From contig CP149973.1 in NCBI GenBank assembly GCA_029269845.2, positions 960,001-992,000 on the forward strand: a stretch of DNA of 32,000 nt, read 5' to 3'. This DNA is from Opitutia bacterium KCR 482. GTDB lineage: Bacteria > Verrucomicrobiota > Verrucomicrobiia > Opitutales > Intestinicryptomonadaceae. The notes beneath the pieces were generated by a model. The model ran no database searches, was not told the DNA's origin, and saw nothing but the letters and a program-made list of their open reading frames with translations. The translations under genes and the position numbers were made by a program. Below, one piece after another: positions 1-8,186 of the stretch; position 1 is the stretch's first letter; each line of letters opens with the position of its first letter.

Positions 1-1693
1 CGATTTCGTCGAGAATTTTTGAGTCGGACTCCAACGCCGAAAGGAACGAGTCGGTATCGTTTGCGCCCGCGTCGAGCGTCTCCAAAATGGAGTCGCGAAT
101 CGACTCTATGTCTATGACGGAAACGACGGTGCGCTTCGAAAGAATCTTGACCTGCTCGGCAAGCGTGCCCAAGCCCGACCCCTTGATTCCCGACTTCGCG
201 GTTTCAATCGAAAGGTTCAGACTGAGAATGTTCGCCTGATCGGCGACTCCCGTGAAAGTTTCGGCGATTACGCTCATTTTCGCCGCCGCTCCGCGAAGCG
301 CGGCGAGCCTTGAAACAATGCCCTGCGCCGACGACAGCGCCCCCCTGATTCCGCCCGAAACCTCCTGCACAGACTTTCCCTGCGAACGCGCAAGCTGCTC
401 CGCGCCGTTGAGGCTTTCGCGCAAGTTCTGGGCGGCGACGGCAAGCGACGCGTCCGACTTGTCGCGCAAGTTCGTTTTTGCGTCGATTCGCAGAAGCCCG
501 TTCGAAACGCCGTTGAGGCGCGGCTTCTGCTCGGCGACAATCGACCTCGCGTCTTCGTCGAGCTGCACGGAGGAGTCCAAAACGGTTTTTGCGATTTCGG
601 AAATTTCGGCGTAGGCGTCAAGCAGTTTCACGATGTCGGTGTCTATTCCCGCAAACGCCGATATTCTGCGCGGAGTGATTTCGAAATATTCGCGCGCGCC
701 CTGAATGTCGCGCAACGCCGCAAGAGCCGCGAGCCTGCGCGTTCTGCGCGCCGAGAGCGCCACCGACCGCCCCGCCAGCAGCGACACGAAAAGCGAAAGC
801 GCCACAACCCCCGCAAAAACGTAGCCCGCAATCCGCAGTTTCGACACATCGGCGTTTTTGGACGCCGTCAAAAGCCCGTCGAGCGACTTCACCGAAACGT
901 TCCACAGCTCCGACGCCGCCTTTTCGGTCTGCGTGAGGTTTGTGCGCACAAGCGAGGCGTCGAGGCTCTTGCCGTGCCAGATTTTCGAGACCGCCGAGTT
1001 CAGCTCGATAGTCGCCGAATTGAATTTGCCGATGTCGGCGACAATCGAAACCGACTTTTCGGGCGGGCATATCGCGCACGCCCTGCGAAGCTCCGCGACA
1101 AGCTCCGTTGCGCGTTCGTTCAGCACAACATACGCGGCGGAAAACTCGCTCGCCTGAACGCGGTCGGGCGCGGCGGGGTATTTTTTCAACAGCGACGAAA
1201 ACTTGAAAAGCGCGGAGTAGAACGACGGGAAAAGATCGGACGACGCGTCCATGAACATGTGGACTCCCGTGTGCGAATCCGTAAACAGCCCGCTTTGCAG
1301 GGCGATGAAGCCGCCCATGTCGGCGACAATGTCGCCCGTATCGGGCGTTTTTACGAACGCGTCGATTGACGACGCCGAGAAAATCCCCTGAATGCGCGGG
1401 CTTTTTTTGGCGTCGGAATTGCCGAGCTTCGGCGCGCCGTCGGAAAGTTTTTTTACCGCCTTTTTCAGTTCGGACGCGTCGAAGCGTTCGTCCGCTCCCG
1501 AAAGATACGCCGAGTGCGCAACAACCGCAAGCGACGACAACATTTTCACGCCCCTCAGCTCGCATTCGGAATTGCGCGCCCTGCCCGAAAGCTCGCAAAA
1601 ATAAAAGAATGCGGGCAAAGCCGACGCCGCAATACCCGCGGCGCATATCACAAACAGGCGCGTTCCCAAACTGTCAAATCTTAAAAATTTCAT
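1..1693 (-). CDS. Methyl-accepting chemotaxis protein-like receptor. The N-terminal 564 codons are present; the C-terminus runs off the left edge.
   Basis: Absent from the ORF track because it has no stop in the window. ATG is at 1693..1691, and my manual translation is stop-free down to position 2. It begins MKFLRFDSLGTRLFVICAAGIAASALPAFF (TM1). A second hydrophobic span is AGYVFAGVVALSLFVSLLAG. Later comes FTGVADQANILSLNLSIETAKSGIKGSGLGTLAEQVKILSKRT, a divergent match to the MCP signalling-hairpin consensus ([31 protein letters not shown].LA). Confidence 0.75.
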   Translation of the reverse strand, partial: MKFLRFDSLGTRLFVICAAGIAASALPAFFYFCELSGRARNSECELRGVKMLSSLAVVAHSAYLSGADERFDASELKKAVKKLSDGAPKLGNSDAKKSPRIQGIFSASSIDAFVKTPDTGDIVADMGGFIALQSGLFTDSHTGVHMFMDASSDLFPSFYSALFKFSSLLKKYPAAPDRVQASEFSAAYVVLNERATELVAELRRACAICPPEKSVSIVADIGKFNSATIELNSAVSKIWHGKSLDASLVRTNLTQTEKAASELWNVSVKSLDGLLTASKNADVSKLRIAGYVFAGVVALSLFVSLLAGRSVALSARRTRRLAALAALRDIQGAREYFEITPRRISAFAGIDTDIVKLLDAYAEISEIAKTVLDSSVQLDEDARSIVAEQKPRLNGVSNGLLRIDAKTNLRDKSDASLAVAAQNLRESLNGAEQLARSQGKSVQEVSGGIRGALSSAQGIVSRLAALRGAAAKMSVIAETFTGVADQANILSLNLSIETAKSGIKGSGLGTLAEQVKILSKRTVVSVIDIESIRDSILETLDAGANDTDSFLSALESDSKILDEI

Positions 1694-1757
1694 TCCGACT
1701 TGTGTAATAGCCGCCGCCGGCGGATTAGGCAACCATTTTTTGACTTCGCAAAGGCGC

Positions 1758-1791
1758 AAAAAAAATCGGAAGCCGAAGCCTCCGATTTTTT
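1758..1791. terminator. Bidirectional intrinsic terminator
   Basis: An A8 run (1758-1765) precedes stem tcggaagc (1766-1773), loop cgaa and stem gcctccga (1778-1785, one mismatch), followed by T6 (1786-1791). It lies 17 nt downstream of the minus-strand stop at 1809. Confidence 0.6.
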
Positions 1792-1808
1792 GGAAATCTT
1801 GAATCCGA

Positions 1809-2474
1809 TTAGTTCGAAGCCGACGTTACAATCGTGTTGTCGGGGAGAACGTCGTTCACGTCCGTAGCGGGAGGAGTCGTGAGCGGGTTCTGGGCGTTCG
1901 AGGAGGAGTCAACCAACTGGGTGTTGCCAACCGAGCCTTTTACCGTGCCGTTCGCATCGACGGCAAAGATAACCGGCATTGTGGTTGCCGTACCGTTCTG
2001 ACCCTGAGCCGAAACGTTGCCGACCGTGTCCGCAGTCTGCGTGGCGGGGTTGTAGCGCGTTTCGGTGTTCGCCTGATATTTTTCGCCGGCGATTGCGACG
2101 TTAGCCGCAACTTCCGCAACGTTTACCAATTCTTCAACCTTGTTCTTTACTACGAAAGAAACTTCGACGGGGCCGAGCGCGGGAGCGTTTCTATCAGCAA
2201 GAGCCGCGTTGATTGCGACCATCGCCGCGCTGATTGCCTTGCCGTTGAGGGAATCCGCGCCGACTGCCGCAAGAGCCTTTTTGAGGACGTCTTTAAGGGC
2301 TTCTTCGCAGGAAACCGTGGGGTTTTTGACATCGACGGAAATGGAAACCGATACCGCGCCGTTGTCATTCTTGACGGAAACCTTGACGGGGTCGTTCGAC
2401 TGCGCGTCCGCAGCGTATGTAAGGGATACCAACATGGCCGACGCCAACACTGCTACATATTTTAAGATTTTCAT
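1809..2474 (-). CDS. Hypothetical secreted protein (221 aa)
   Basis: ATG-initiated ORF with a signal-peptide-like N-terminus, MKILKYVAVLASAMLVSLTYA/ADAQ. Composition is A/V/N/S-rich and non-shadow-like, and a terminator follows. I recognise no family motif. Confidence 0.6.
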   Translation of the reverse strand: MKILKYVAVLASAMLVSLTYAADAQSNDPVKVSVKNDNGAVSVSISVDVKNPTVSCEEALKDVLKKALAAVGADSLNGKAISAAMVAINAALADRNAPALGPVEVSFVVKNKVEELVNVAEVAANVAIAGEKYQANTETRYNPATQTADTVGNVSAQGQNGTATTMPVIFAVDANGTVKGSVGNTQLVDSSSNAQNPLTTPPATDVNDVLPDNTIVTSASN

Positions 2475-2773
2475 ATCAACTCTTTCCTTTGTTTTGTATA
2501 AAAGTTTTTTTTAATGGACTTCAAACTAAACCCTCGCCCCTCCGTTTTACAAGCTTTTTTTTACATTTTTTTGAAGCGCCGAATTTGAGAGGGCGGGCAA
2601 TAAGGCCGCGCCGAAATCCTCGCCCCGCGCGTCCGCCATTCTTTTTCATACGGAAATTTTTGTTTTGCAATAAACGCAAAATATGATTTTATCGCGTACC
2701 CATAAAACAATTCGACGCGTCCACCGTCCGACGGCGGGCGACTTTTACAAAACAATCACAGGATATTATAGGC

Positions 2774-4465
2774 ATGTCCGAAGAAAACAACGAACAACAA
2801 AACCGCGCGGAAGTTGATTTGAGTCAGCTTTCGAACATCGAATTCGCAACCGCTTGGACGCCCAGCTCGTCCATAAAAAAGAGCTTCGGCGACAAGCCCA
2901 GAGGCGCGTTCCAGCGCGGAGGCAGAGACGGGGACGACCGCGATTTCAAAAAACGCCGCGACTTCAAAAAGAATTTCGGCGACAAAAAATTCTCCAAGCC
3001 CCGCGCCAAGTTCGACGGCGAAAAACCCCGCGAAAACGGCGGCGGCAAATTCCGCAAAAATTCGAAGTTCGACGGCAAGCGCAAGCCGCAGACGCCCTTT
3101 AATTTCTCGATGGAAGTGCTGTTCTATCCCGACGATACCCCTTTCAACAAGCTCGCGGACATCATGAAAAACTCGAAGCGCACCTACCAGCTCTTCGACA
3201 TCGCCGAACTCGTGCTAGAAAAGAACGACAGGTTCGTGGTTCTCGCGAAAAACCTCCCCGACGAATCTGGCGCGGTAAAGCCCCTCTATTGCGCACAGCC
3301 GCTCAACCTGCCCTTTGAAGACGAGGCTTCGGCGAAAAACGCGGCTCTCGAATACTACGCCGACGAACTTTTCGAAAAGCAGAAAATCGAAGCCGAACCG
3401 CCCAAAGGCAGCTTCCAGGTCGTCAACCGCTGCGCGCTCACGGGCGACCTCCTCGGCGCGCCGAACTGGCACAGATACAACGAATACCTGCGGGAATACC
3501 ACCGCGAACACTGCCAGAAAATGCCGTTCGAGGCGTTCCTTGCGACAATCGAATCCGTGCGCGACGCCGACCAAATCAACGCGTGGCTCGAACAGATGAA
3601 GACCCGCGAAGTCTACAAGCTCAAAAACCCCGCAGAAGGCGAAAATGACACGTTCGACACCCGCGAGGCGGCAATCAACTACGTCGCCCACAAAATGGGC
3701 TCGGAGCTCGTAAAAACCTACGAGCAGGTCAGAATGAAGGGCGCAAACCTTTCAAAAATGCCTTTCGGACGCATTCGCAGAAACATCGAGGAAGCGTGGC
3801 GCAAGCAGAAACGCTTCCCGATTGTCACGGCGAACAACCTGCGCGGCCGTCTGCGCCGTTCGGGATTCTCGGTCTACAAGCGCGGAAGCAAGGGCTTTGC
3901 GTTCGTGTCGGTCGTAAAGAGGAAGTTCCTGTTGGAGGGCGACAAACTCTCCGACACTCCCCAGCAGATTTTCGACTTCATCACGGCGAACCCCGCAATA
4001 ATCGCGGCAGACCTGCCCTACAAATTCCTCGGACTCACGCCGCCCGCCGAAAAGCCGAAGACAAAGACGCTTGCGGAGGAAAACAAGGCGGAACAGCCCG
4101 AAACGCAGGAAAGCCCGATTCGCGAATCGGAGGAAATTTCGGAAGAGCAGAAAATCAAGCTCAGCTCCGTTTGGAGCGAACTGCGCTGGCTGGTTTCGGA
4201 GGGCTACGTTGTTGAATACGCAGACTCCACACTGCAAGCCAACCCCTACCTGCCCCGCCCGAAGGACAAATCGCAAAAGTCCGAAGAGCAGAATCTGGGC
4301 GCGGCGGACGAGCCTATTGTAGCGCCTAAATCGGAATCGGAAGAAGCACCCGAAGCGGAAGAAAACTGCGGCGAAGCGAAAGCCGAAGCCCCCGCCGAAG
4401 AGAACCCCGAAGCAGAGCAAAGGCCCGAAGCCCAGGAAGCCGACGGCGCGGAAAAATCCGAATAA
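2774..4465 (+). CDS. Hypothetical protein (563 aa) with a basic low-complexity repeat N-terminus and an acidic C-terminal tail
   Basis: Long ATG ORF with normal codon texture. Residues ~35-105 are K/R/G/D/F-rich (FGDK, DFKK and KFDG units). The central region looks globular. The last ~100 aa are E/A/P-rich. A strong terminator follows at 4486..4516. I recognise no catalytic motif. Confidence 0.7.
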   Translation: MSEENNEQQNRAEVDLSQLSNIEFATAWTPSSSIKKSFGDKPRGAFQRGGRDGDDRDFKKRRDFKKNFGDKKFSKPRAKFDGEKPRENGGGKFRKNSKFDGKRKPQTPFNFSMEVLFYPDDTPFNKLADIMKNSKRTYQLFDIAELVLEKNDRFVVLAKNLPDESGAVKPLYCAQPLNLPFEDEASAKNAALEYYADELFEKQKIEAEPPKGSFQVVNRCALTGDLLGAPNWHRYNEYLREYHREHCQKMPFEAFLATIESVRDADQINAWLEQMKTREVYKLKNPAEGENDTFDTREAAINYVAHKMGSELVKTYEQVRMKGANLSKMPFGRIRRNIEEAWRKQKRFPIVTANNLRGRLRRSGFSVYKRGSKGFAFVSVVKRKFLLEGDKLSDTPQQIFDFITANPAIIAADLPYKFLGLTPPAEKPKTKTLAEENKAEQPETQESPIRESEEISEEQKIKLSSVWSELRWLVSEGYVVEYADSTLQANPYLPRPKDKSQKSEEQNLGAADEPIVAPKSESEEAPEAEENCGEAKAEAPAEENPEAEQRPEAQEADGAEKSE

Positions 4466-4485
4466 CGAGGATATTTTTCCGAAAG

Positions 4486-4516
4486 AACGCGGAGCATTGC
4501 GCTCCGCGTTTTTTTG
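4486..4516 (+). terminator. Intrinsic terminator
   Basis: A 10-bp stem, aacgcggagc (4486-4495) paired with gctccgcgtt (4501-4510), loop attgc, then T7 (4509-4515). It lies 21 nt after the stop at 4465. Confidence 0.75.
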
Positions 4517-4684
4517 CGCCCCCCGACGACGCTACGGAATTGGGGGAACTCCGCCGACCGCTTGCGCATTGCCGAAAAGGCGCACAATGCAAACCCGCAT
4601 TAAAGCACCACCGCACAAACACAAAAGCACGCAGATGCAAAACGCAAATGCCTACACGCGCCGCACGAAAGCAATTGCGTTTTT

Positions 4685-5560
4685 TCAGCGGCGTTTTTTG
4701 CGCGGGGCGTTCTTTGCCGAATTTTGCGGATTCTTTTTGACGCCGCCGCCCTCCAAAAGTTTTTTCAAATCGGCAAGAGACTTCGCGCTCGCGGGCTTTC
4801 CGCCAATCACGGGACGGCGCGGCGCGGGCGCGGAAAAGGGCTTTACATGCAAACGTCCGCCGCAGTTTTTTCCGCAGTCGGCGCGTTTGGAATTTAGCGC
4901 GGATGAAGCATCGGCGGAAGTTTTGCGCGGAACGGCGGAATCGGCTCGCGCCGCGTTTTCGCCGAAATCCGAGGCGTTTTTTGCGGACGCGCGGGCGCGT
5001 TTCTTTTTGAGCCGCTTTGAAATCAGCGGCGATTTTCCGAAAGCCGATTCTATGTCTACGGCAAGCTCGTCGAGCTTCGAGAACGGGTTTGTCTTGCGCC
5101 ATTCGAGCGACGCCGACGCGTTGTTCGACTTCGCCGCGCGGACTACCGCCCTCTCTGAAATTTCCGCGCGTTCGAAAAACGATTCGGGCGTGAGCGACAT
5201 CGCGCCGAAGCTCGACGCCGTGAGCCTCAAAAGGTTGTCGCGCGTGATTACAAGCAAATCCTGCGGGCGTTTAGACTCGGCGCAAAACTGCTCTATGAAT
5301 TCGTCGGCGGTCATAACCGACGGCGTGTAGACTTCCGAAAACGTCGTAGCCGCGCCGCGCCTTACGACCGAAATATCCGCGCCCGCGCCGTCGTAGACAA
5401 TGGTGATTCTCGCGCCGTCGTAGTCGTGGAGCGCGGCGAGCATTGCGGAAAGCTCCGCCTGCGCCTCCTCGGCGCGGTTTTCGGCAAGCTCGCGGGCGAG
5501 GCGCGGGTGCGCATGGATTGCGTTCCAACCGTCAACGAGTATGTGCCTGAAACATTCCAC
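4685..5560 (-). CDS. NYN/PIN-like domain protein of the YacP/Rae1 type (predicted ribonuclease) with a basic disordered tail
   Basis: GTG start. The N-terminus MECFRHILVDGWNAIHA matches the (L/I)LVDGYN signature of YacP/Rae1 NYN proteins. It is followed by ITIVYDGAG and LLVITRDN blocks. The C-terminal ~110 aa are K/R/A/S-rich. Confidence 0.65.
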   Translation of the reverse strand: MECFRHILVDGWNAIHAHPRLARELAENRAEEAQAELSAMLAALHDYDGARITIVYDGAGADISVVRRGAATTFSEVYTPSVMTADEFIEQFCAESKRPQDLLVITRDNLLRLTASSFGAMSLTPESFFERAEISERAVVRAAKSNNASASLEWRKTNPFSKLDELAVDIESAFGKSPLISKRLKKKRARASAKNASDFGENAARADSAVPRKTSADASSALNSKRADCGKNCGGRLHVKPFSAPAPRRPVIGGKPASAKSLADLKKLLEGGGVKKNPQNSAKNAPRKKRR

Positions 5561-5590
5561 GATTCGCTTATCGGAAAAATCCGGCTCCCG

Positions 5591-5746
5591 CTATTTGCGT
5601 TTTTTTCCGCCGCTTTCGAAAACCTCCGCGCCGATGGACTCCGCCTCGGAGGGCTTCGCCGAAAGCACGCGGTACAGACACCATGCAAACAAAACGGTAA
5701 TCGAAAGCGTCGAAACGCCGAAAGTTATCCAGCCGCCGAAAGTCAT
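5591..5746 (-). CDS. 51-aa single-TM membrane peptide, possibly a MetS-like small subunit of the upstream NSS transporter
   Basis: Below the track's size cut-off. Its ATG (5746..5744) overlaps the NSS stop TGA (5745..5743) as ATGA. I translated it codon by codon as MTFGGWITFGVSTLSITVLFAWCLYRVLSAKPSEAESIGAEVFESGGKKRK*. It has one hydrophobic helix and then a charged tail. Confidence 0.5.
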   Translation of the reverse strand: MTFGGWITFGVSTLSITVLFAWCLYRVLSAKPSEAESIGAEVFESGGKKRK

Positions 5747-7485
5747 TTTCCGTCTTCCTTTCCGAAGTTTTTATACCGCCGCGACGCCGAGAAAATCAGC
5801 GCGAAGAACAGGTAGAGCGCGGCGATTATCGCGATGCAAATGCAGGCTGTCGAGTTCGGCGGGGTATCCGCCGTGCCGATAAGGTCGGTAATGTAGGGCG
5901 AGAGATTTCCGCCGCCGACCACGCCGAAAACGTCCTTTGCCACCCACAGCGCAAACACCGCAAGCAGCAGCGCGGGCGTGATGTATTTCAGAACGAAGCC
6001 GTAGAACGGCGGCAGTTTCAAAAGCGAGCCCTCGTTTGCGAGCGCGACGCCCCTCTTCACGCCGAATATCCACGCGAACGCGATTGTCTGAACCATCGCG
6101 AAAATGTAGATTGTGACCTGCCCAATCCAAAAGTCGAAAGTGTCCATCGCCTTCAAATCCTTCGAGAAATAGACAACAAAGCCCGTGATGAAAAACGTCA
6201 GAAGCCCCAGCAACAGCGTCGAGAATTTGCGCCCCAGCCGCGTCGCCTCCTCGATGAACGCAACCCCCGGCTGGAGCATGGAAAGCGAGCTTGTGACCGC
6301 CGCCAAAAACAGCAGGAAGAAAAACAGGAAGCCGAAAAAGTTGCCGAACGGCAGCGACACGAAAAACAGCGGAAGCACCTTGAAGCCCAAATCGAAAAGC
6401 GACAGCCCCGCGCCTATCGCGCCAGACACGCCGAAAAACGCCACCGCCGCAGGCACGGTTATCATTCCTCCGAGGCAGATTTCGCAGAACTCGTTTGCGC
6501 TGCACGAAGTCAAGGCGCTGAGAACTATGTCGTCCTTGCGTTTGAGGTAGCTCGCGTAGGTCATAATCGCGCCGAAGCCCACGGTCAGGCTGAAAAACAC
6601 CTGCCCCGCCGCGGCAATCCATATCGACGGATTCGAAAGCTGCCTGAAAACCGAAATGCGCGTAATGCGCTCTTTCGGCGCGGCGGCGGAAGCGGAGTCC
6701 GCCGACTTTAAACGCGCGGTTTCCGCGTCTATTTCGCGGTCGCCCACAAGCTGGCGAACCTCGACCCACTTGCCGCCGTCCTCTCGTTCAAGCACGACTT
6801 TCACGGGGTTCCACATAAAGCCCATGCCCTGATTTATCGAGCGTTCGGGATGGTCGGGCGAAACGTCGGAAAGGGTCATCATTCGCACGACGATAATTAT
6901 CCCCAAGACAATCAGCGTTGGCATTGCGTATTTGCAGAACAGCTCGATTCCGCGCGACACTCCCCTGTAAATCAGCCAGAAATTCAGGCAGAACGAAACC
7001 GCCAAAAACACGAGAACCTTGTCCGCCCCGAACGCCAGCGCGCCGCCGTTTTCCGCCGCGCCGATGAAGTTCGAGAAAAATCCGCCCGACTCCGCCAGCG
7101 TTTTGAACGACAAATTCCCGCCCAAAAAATTCGAGGCATAGCCCAAGCACCATGCCTCGATGTAAATATAATAGCAATAGATAAGAATTGTCATAATGGG
7201 GCTGCCCAGCCCGACATACGCCAGCGCGCGCTTTTTGGAAAACGCGCCCATGATCCCCGCGGGCGAATTGAAGCCGCGCGCGCCGCCGTACCTGCCGATG
7301 GTCCATTCCGTAATGGAAATCGGAAGCCCGACGAGAAAGAACGAAACGACGTACGCAATCATGAACGCCGCGCCGCCGTACATGGCGACCTGACCGGGGA
7401 ATTTCAGAAAATTGCCCAGCCCCACCGCGCTTCCCGCGACGGCCAAAATCACGCCGAGGCGCGAGCTCCAATTTTCGCCCTTCAT
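5743..7485 (-). CDS. Sodium-dependent transporter, neurotransmitter:sodium symporter (NSS/SNF) family
   Basis: The N-terminus WSSRLGVILAVAGSAVGLGNFLKFP is the NSS TM1 signature. Later AAAGQVFFSLTVGFGAIMTYASYL is the TM6 signature. Hydrophobic spans occur throughout. Confidence 0.9.
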   Translation of the reverse strand: MKGENWSSRLGVILAVAGSAVGLGNFLKFPGQVAMYGGAAFMIAYVVSFFLVGLPISITEWTIGRYGGARGFNSPAGIMGAFSKKRALAYVGLGSPIMTILIYCYYIYIEAWCLGYASNFLGGNLSFKTLAESGGFFSNFIGAAENGGALAFGADKVLVFLAVSFCLNFWLIYRGVSRGIELFCKYAMPTLIVLGIIIVVRMMTLSDVSPDHPERSINQGMGFMWNPVKVVLEREDGGKWVEVRQLVGDREIDAETARLKSADSASAAAPKERITRISVFRQLSNPSIWIAAAGQVFFSLTVGFGAIMTYASYLKRKDDIVLSALTSCSANEFCEICLGGMITVPAAVAFFGVSGAIGAGLSLFDLGFKVLPLFFVSLPFGNFFGFLFFFLLFLAAVTSSLSMLQPGVAFIEEATRLGRKFSTLLLGLLTFFITGFVVYFSKDLKAMDTFDFWIGQVTIYIFAMVQTIAFAWIFGVKRGVALANEGSLLKLPPFYGFVLKYITPALLLAVFALWVAKDVFGVVGGGNLSPYITDLIGTADTPPNSTACICIAIIAALYLFFALIFSASRRYKNFGKEDGK

Positions 7486-8186
7486 TCGGAAGCCCCCGTA
7501 AGTTTGCCGTCGACGAGCCGCACAATGCGGTCGGCGATGTCGAGAATGCGGTTGTCGTGGGTGACCAGCACAACGGTTACCCCCAAATCCTTCGCCATTT
7601 TCCTTATGATTTCAACGACCTCGCGCCCGCTCTTTTGATCGAGCGACGCCGTAGGCTCGTCCGCCAGAACAATCGCGGGTTTGCGGATAAGCGCGCGGGC
7701 GATTGCCACCCTCTGCCGCTGTCCGCCCGAAAGATGCGCGGGCTTTTTGTGCGCCTGCGAGTCTATGCCGACGGTTTTGAGCGTTTCGAGGGCGCGGGCT
7801 TTCGCGGTTTCCGAATCGACGGTGTCGTCGAAAGCGAGGGGAAGCTCCACATTTTGCAAAACGCTTATCGAATTGAGCAGGTGGTGGGTCTGGAAGATAA
7901 AGCCCAAGTCGCGCCTGATTTTCATGAGCGCCGACGCCGATGCACCGTGAAGGTTGTGCGAGCCCACCGTGATTTCGCCCTCCTGCAATGTCAGCTGCGC
8001 TCCAATGAGTTTAAGCAGCGTCGATTTTCCAGAGCCCGACGGACCCATGATTATCACGATTTCGCCCGAATAGAAATCGACGTCGATGCCGTGCAAGACC
8101 TCCTTTATTCCGTCGCCTTCCCTGTACGAATGGCGGAGGTTTCGCACGCTGATAATCGGGCGTTTGTCGTTTACCGTCGCAGTCAT
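7482..8186 (-). CDS. ABC transporter ATP-binding protein (DevA/LolD/MacB-like subfamily)
   Basis: Walker A GPSGSGKST, signature LSGGQRQRVAIARAL, Walker B IVLADEPT and an H-loop VTHD are all present. The stop overlaps the NSS ATG as ATGA (7482..7485). I prefer the ATG at 8186 (MTATVNDKRPIISVRNL). The in-frame ATG at 8273 would add 29 atypical residues. Confidence 0.9.
   Translation of the reverse strand: MTATVNDKRPIISVRNLRHSYREGDGIKEVLHGIDVDFYSGEIVIIMGPSGSGKSTLLKLIGAQLTLQEGEITVGSHNLHGASASALMKIRRDLGFIFQTHHLLNSISVLQNVELPLAFDDTVDSETAKARALETLKTVGIDSQAHKKPAHLSGGQRQRVAIARALIRKPAIVLADEPTASLDQKSGREVVEIIRKMAKDLGVTVVLVTHDNRILDIADRIVRLVDGKLTGASE

Noticed and set aside
618-1646. 342-aa minus-strand ORF, the largest track ORF at the left end, plus the overlapping ORFs at 252..614, 274..621, 858..1157, 974..1369 and 1366..1707
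   Set aside because: Its composition is extremely Arg/Gly/Ala/Cys-rich with no motif. It is out of frame with, and fully overlapped by, the MCP-like reading frame that translates into sensible TM and signalling-domain sequence. These are typical high-GC shadow ORFs.
2489-2755. Short inverted repeat (ttgttttgta...aaagt at 2489..2505 versus acttt..tacaaaacaa at 2741..2755) flanking the divergent promoter region, which could suggest a promoter inverton
   Set aside because: Only 10 bp are perfect, with a 2-nt indel before the next 5 bp. The sequence is AT-rich low complexity. The core heptamer ttgtttt/aaaacaa recurs at least four times in the same 300 bp. A chance occurrence is plausible.
4517-4684. 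A 168-nt non-coding gap between convergent genes with small palindromes (gcattg...caatgc, gcaattgc), considered as a possible sRNA or tRNA-like element
   Set aside because: It has no tRNA features (no T-arm GTTCGA-type box or acceptor pairing), no promoter-like hexamers and no terminator of its own. The only ORF (4540..4740) is shadow-like.
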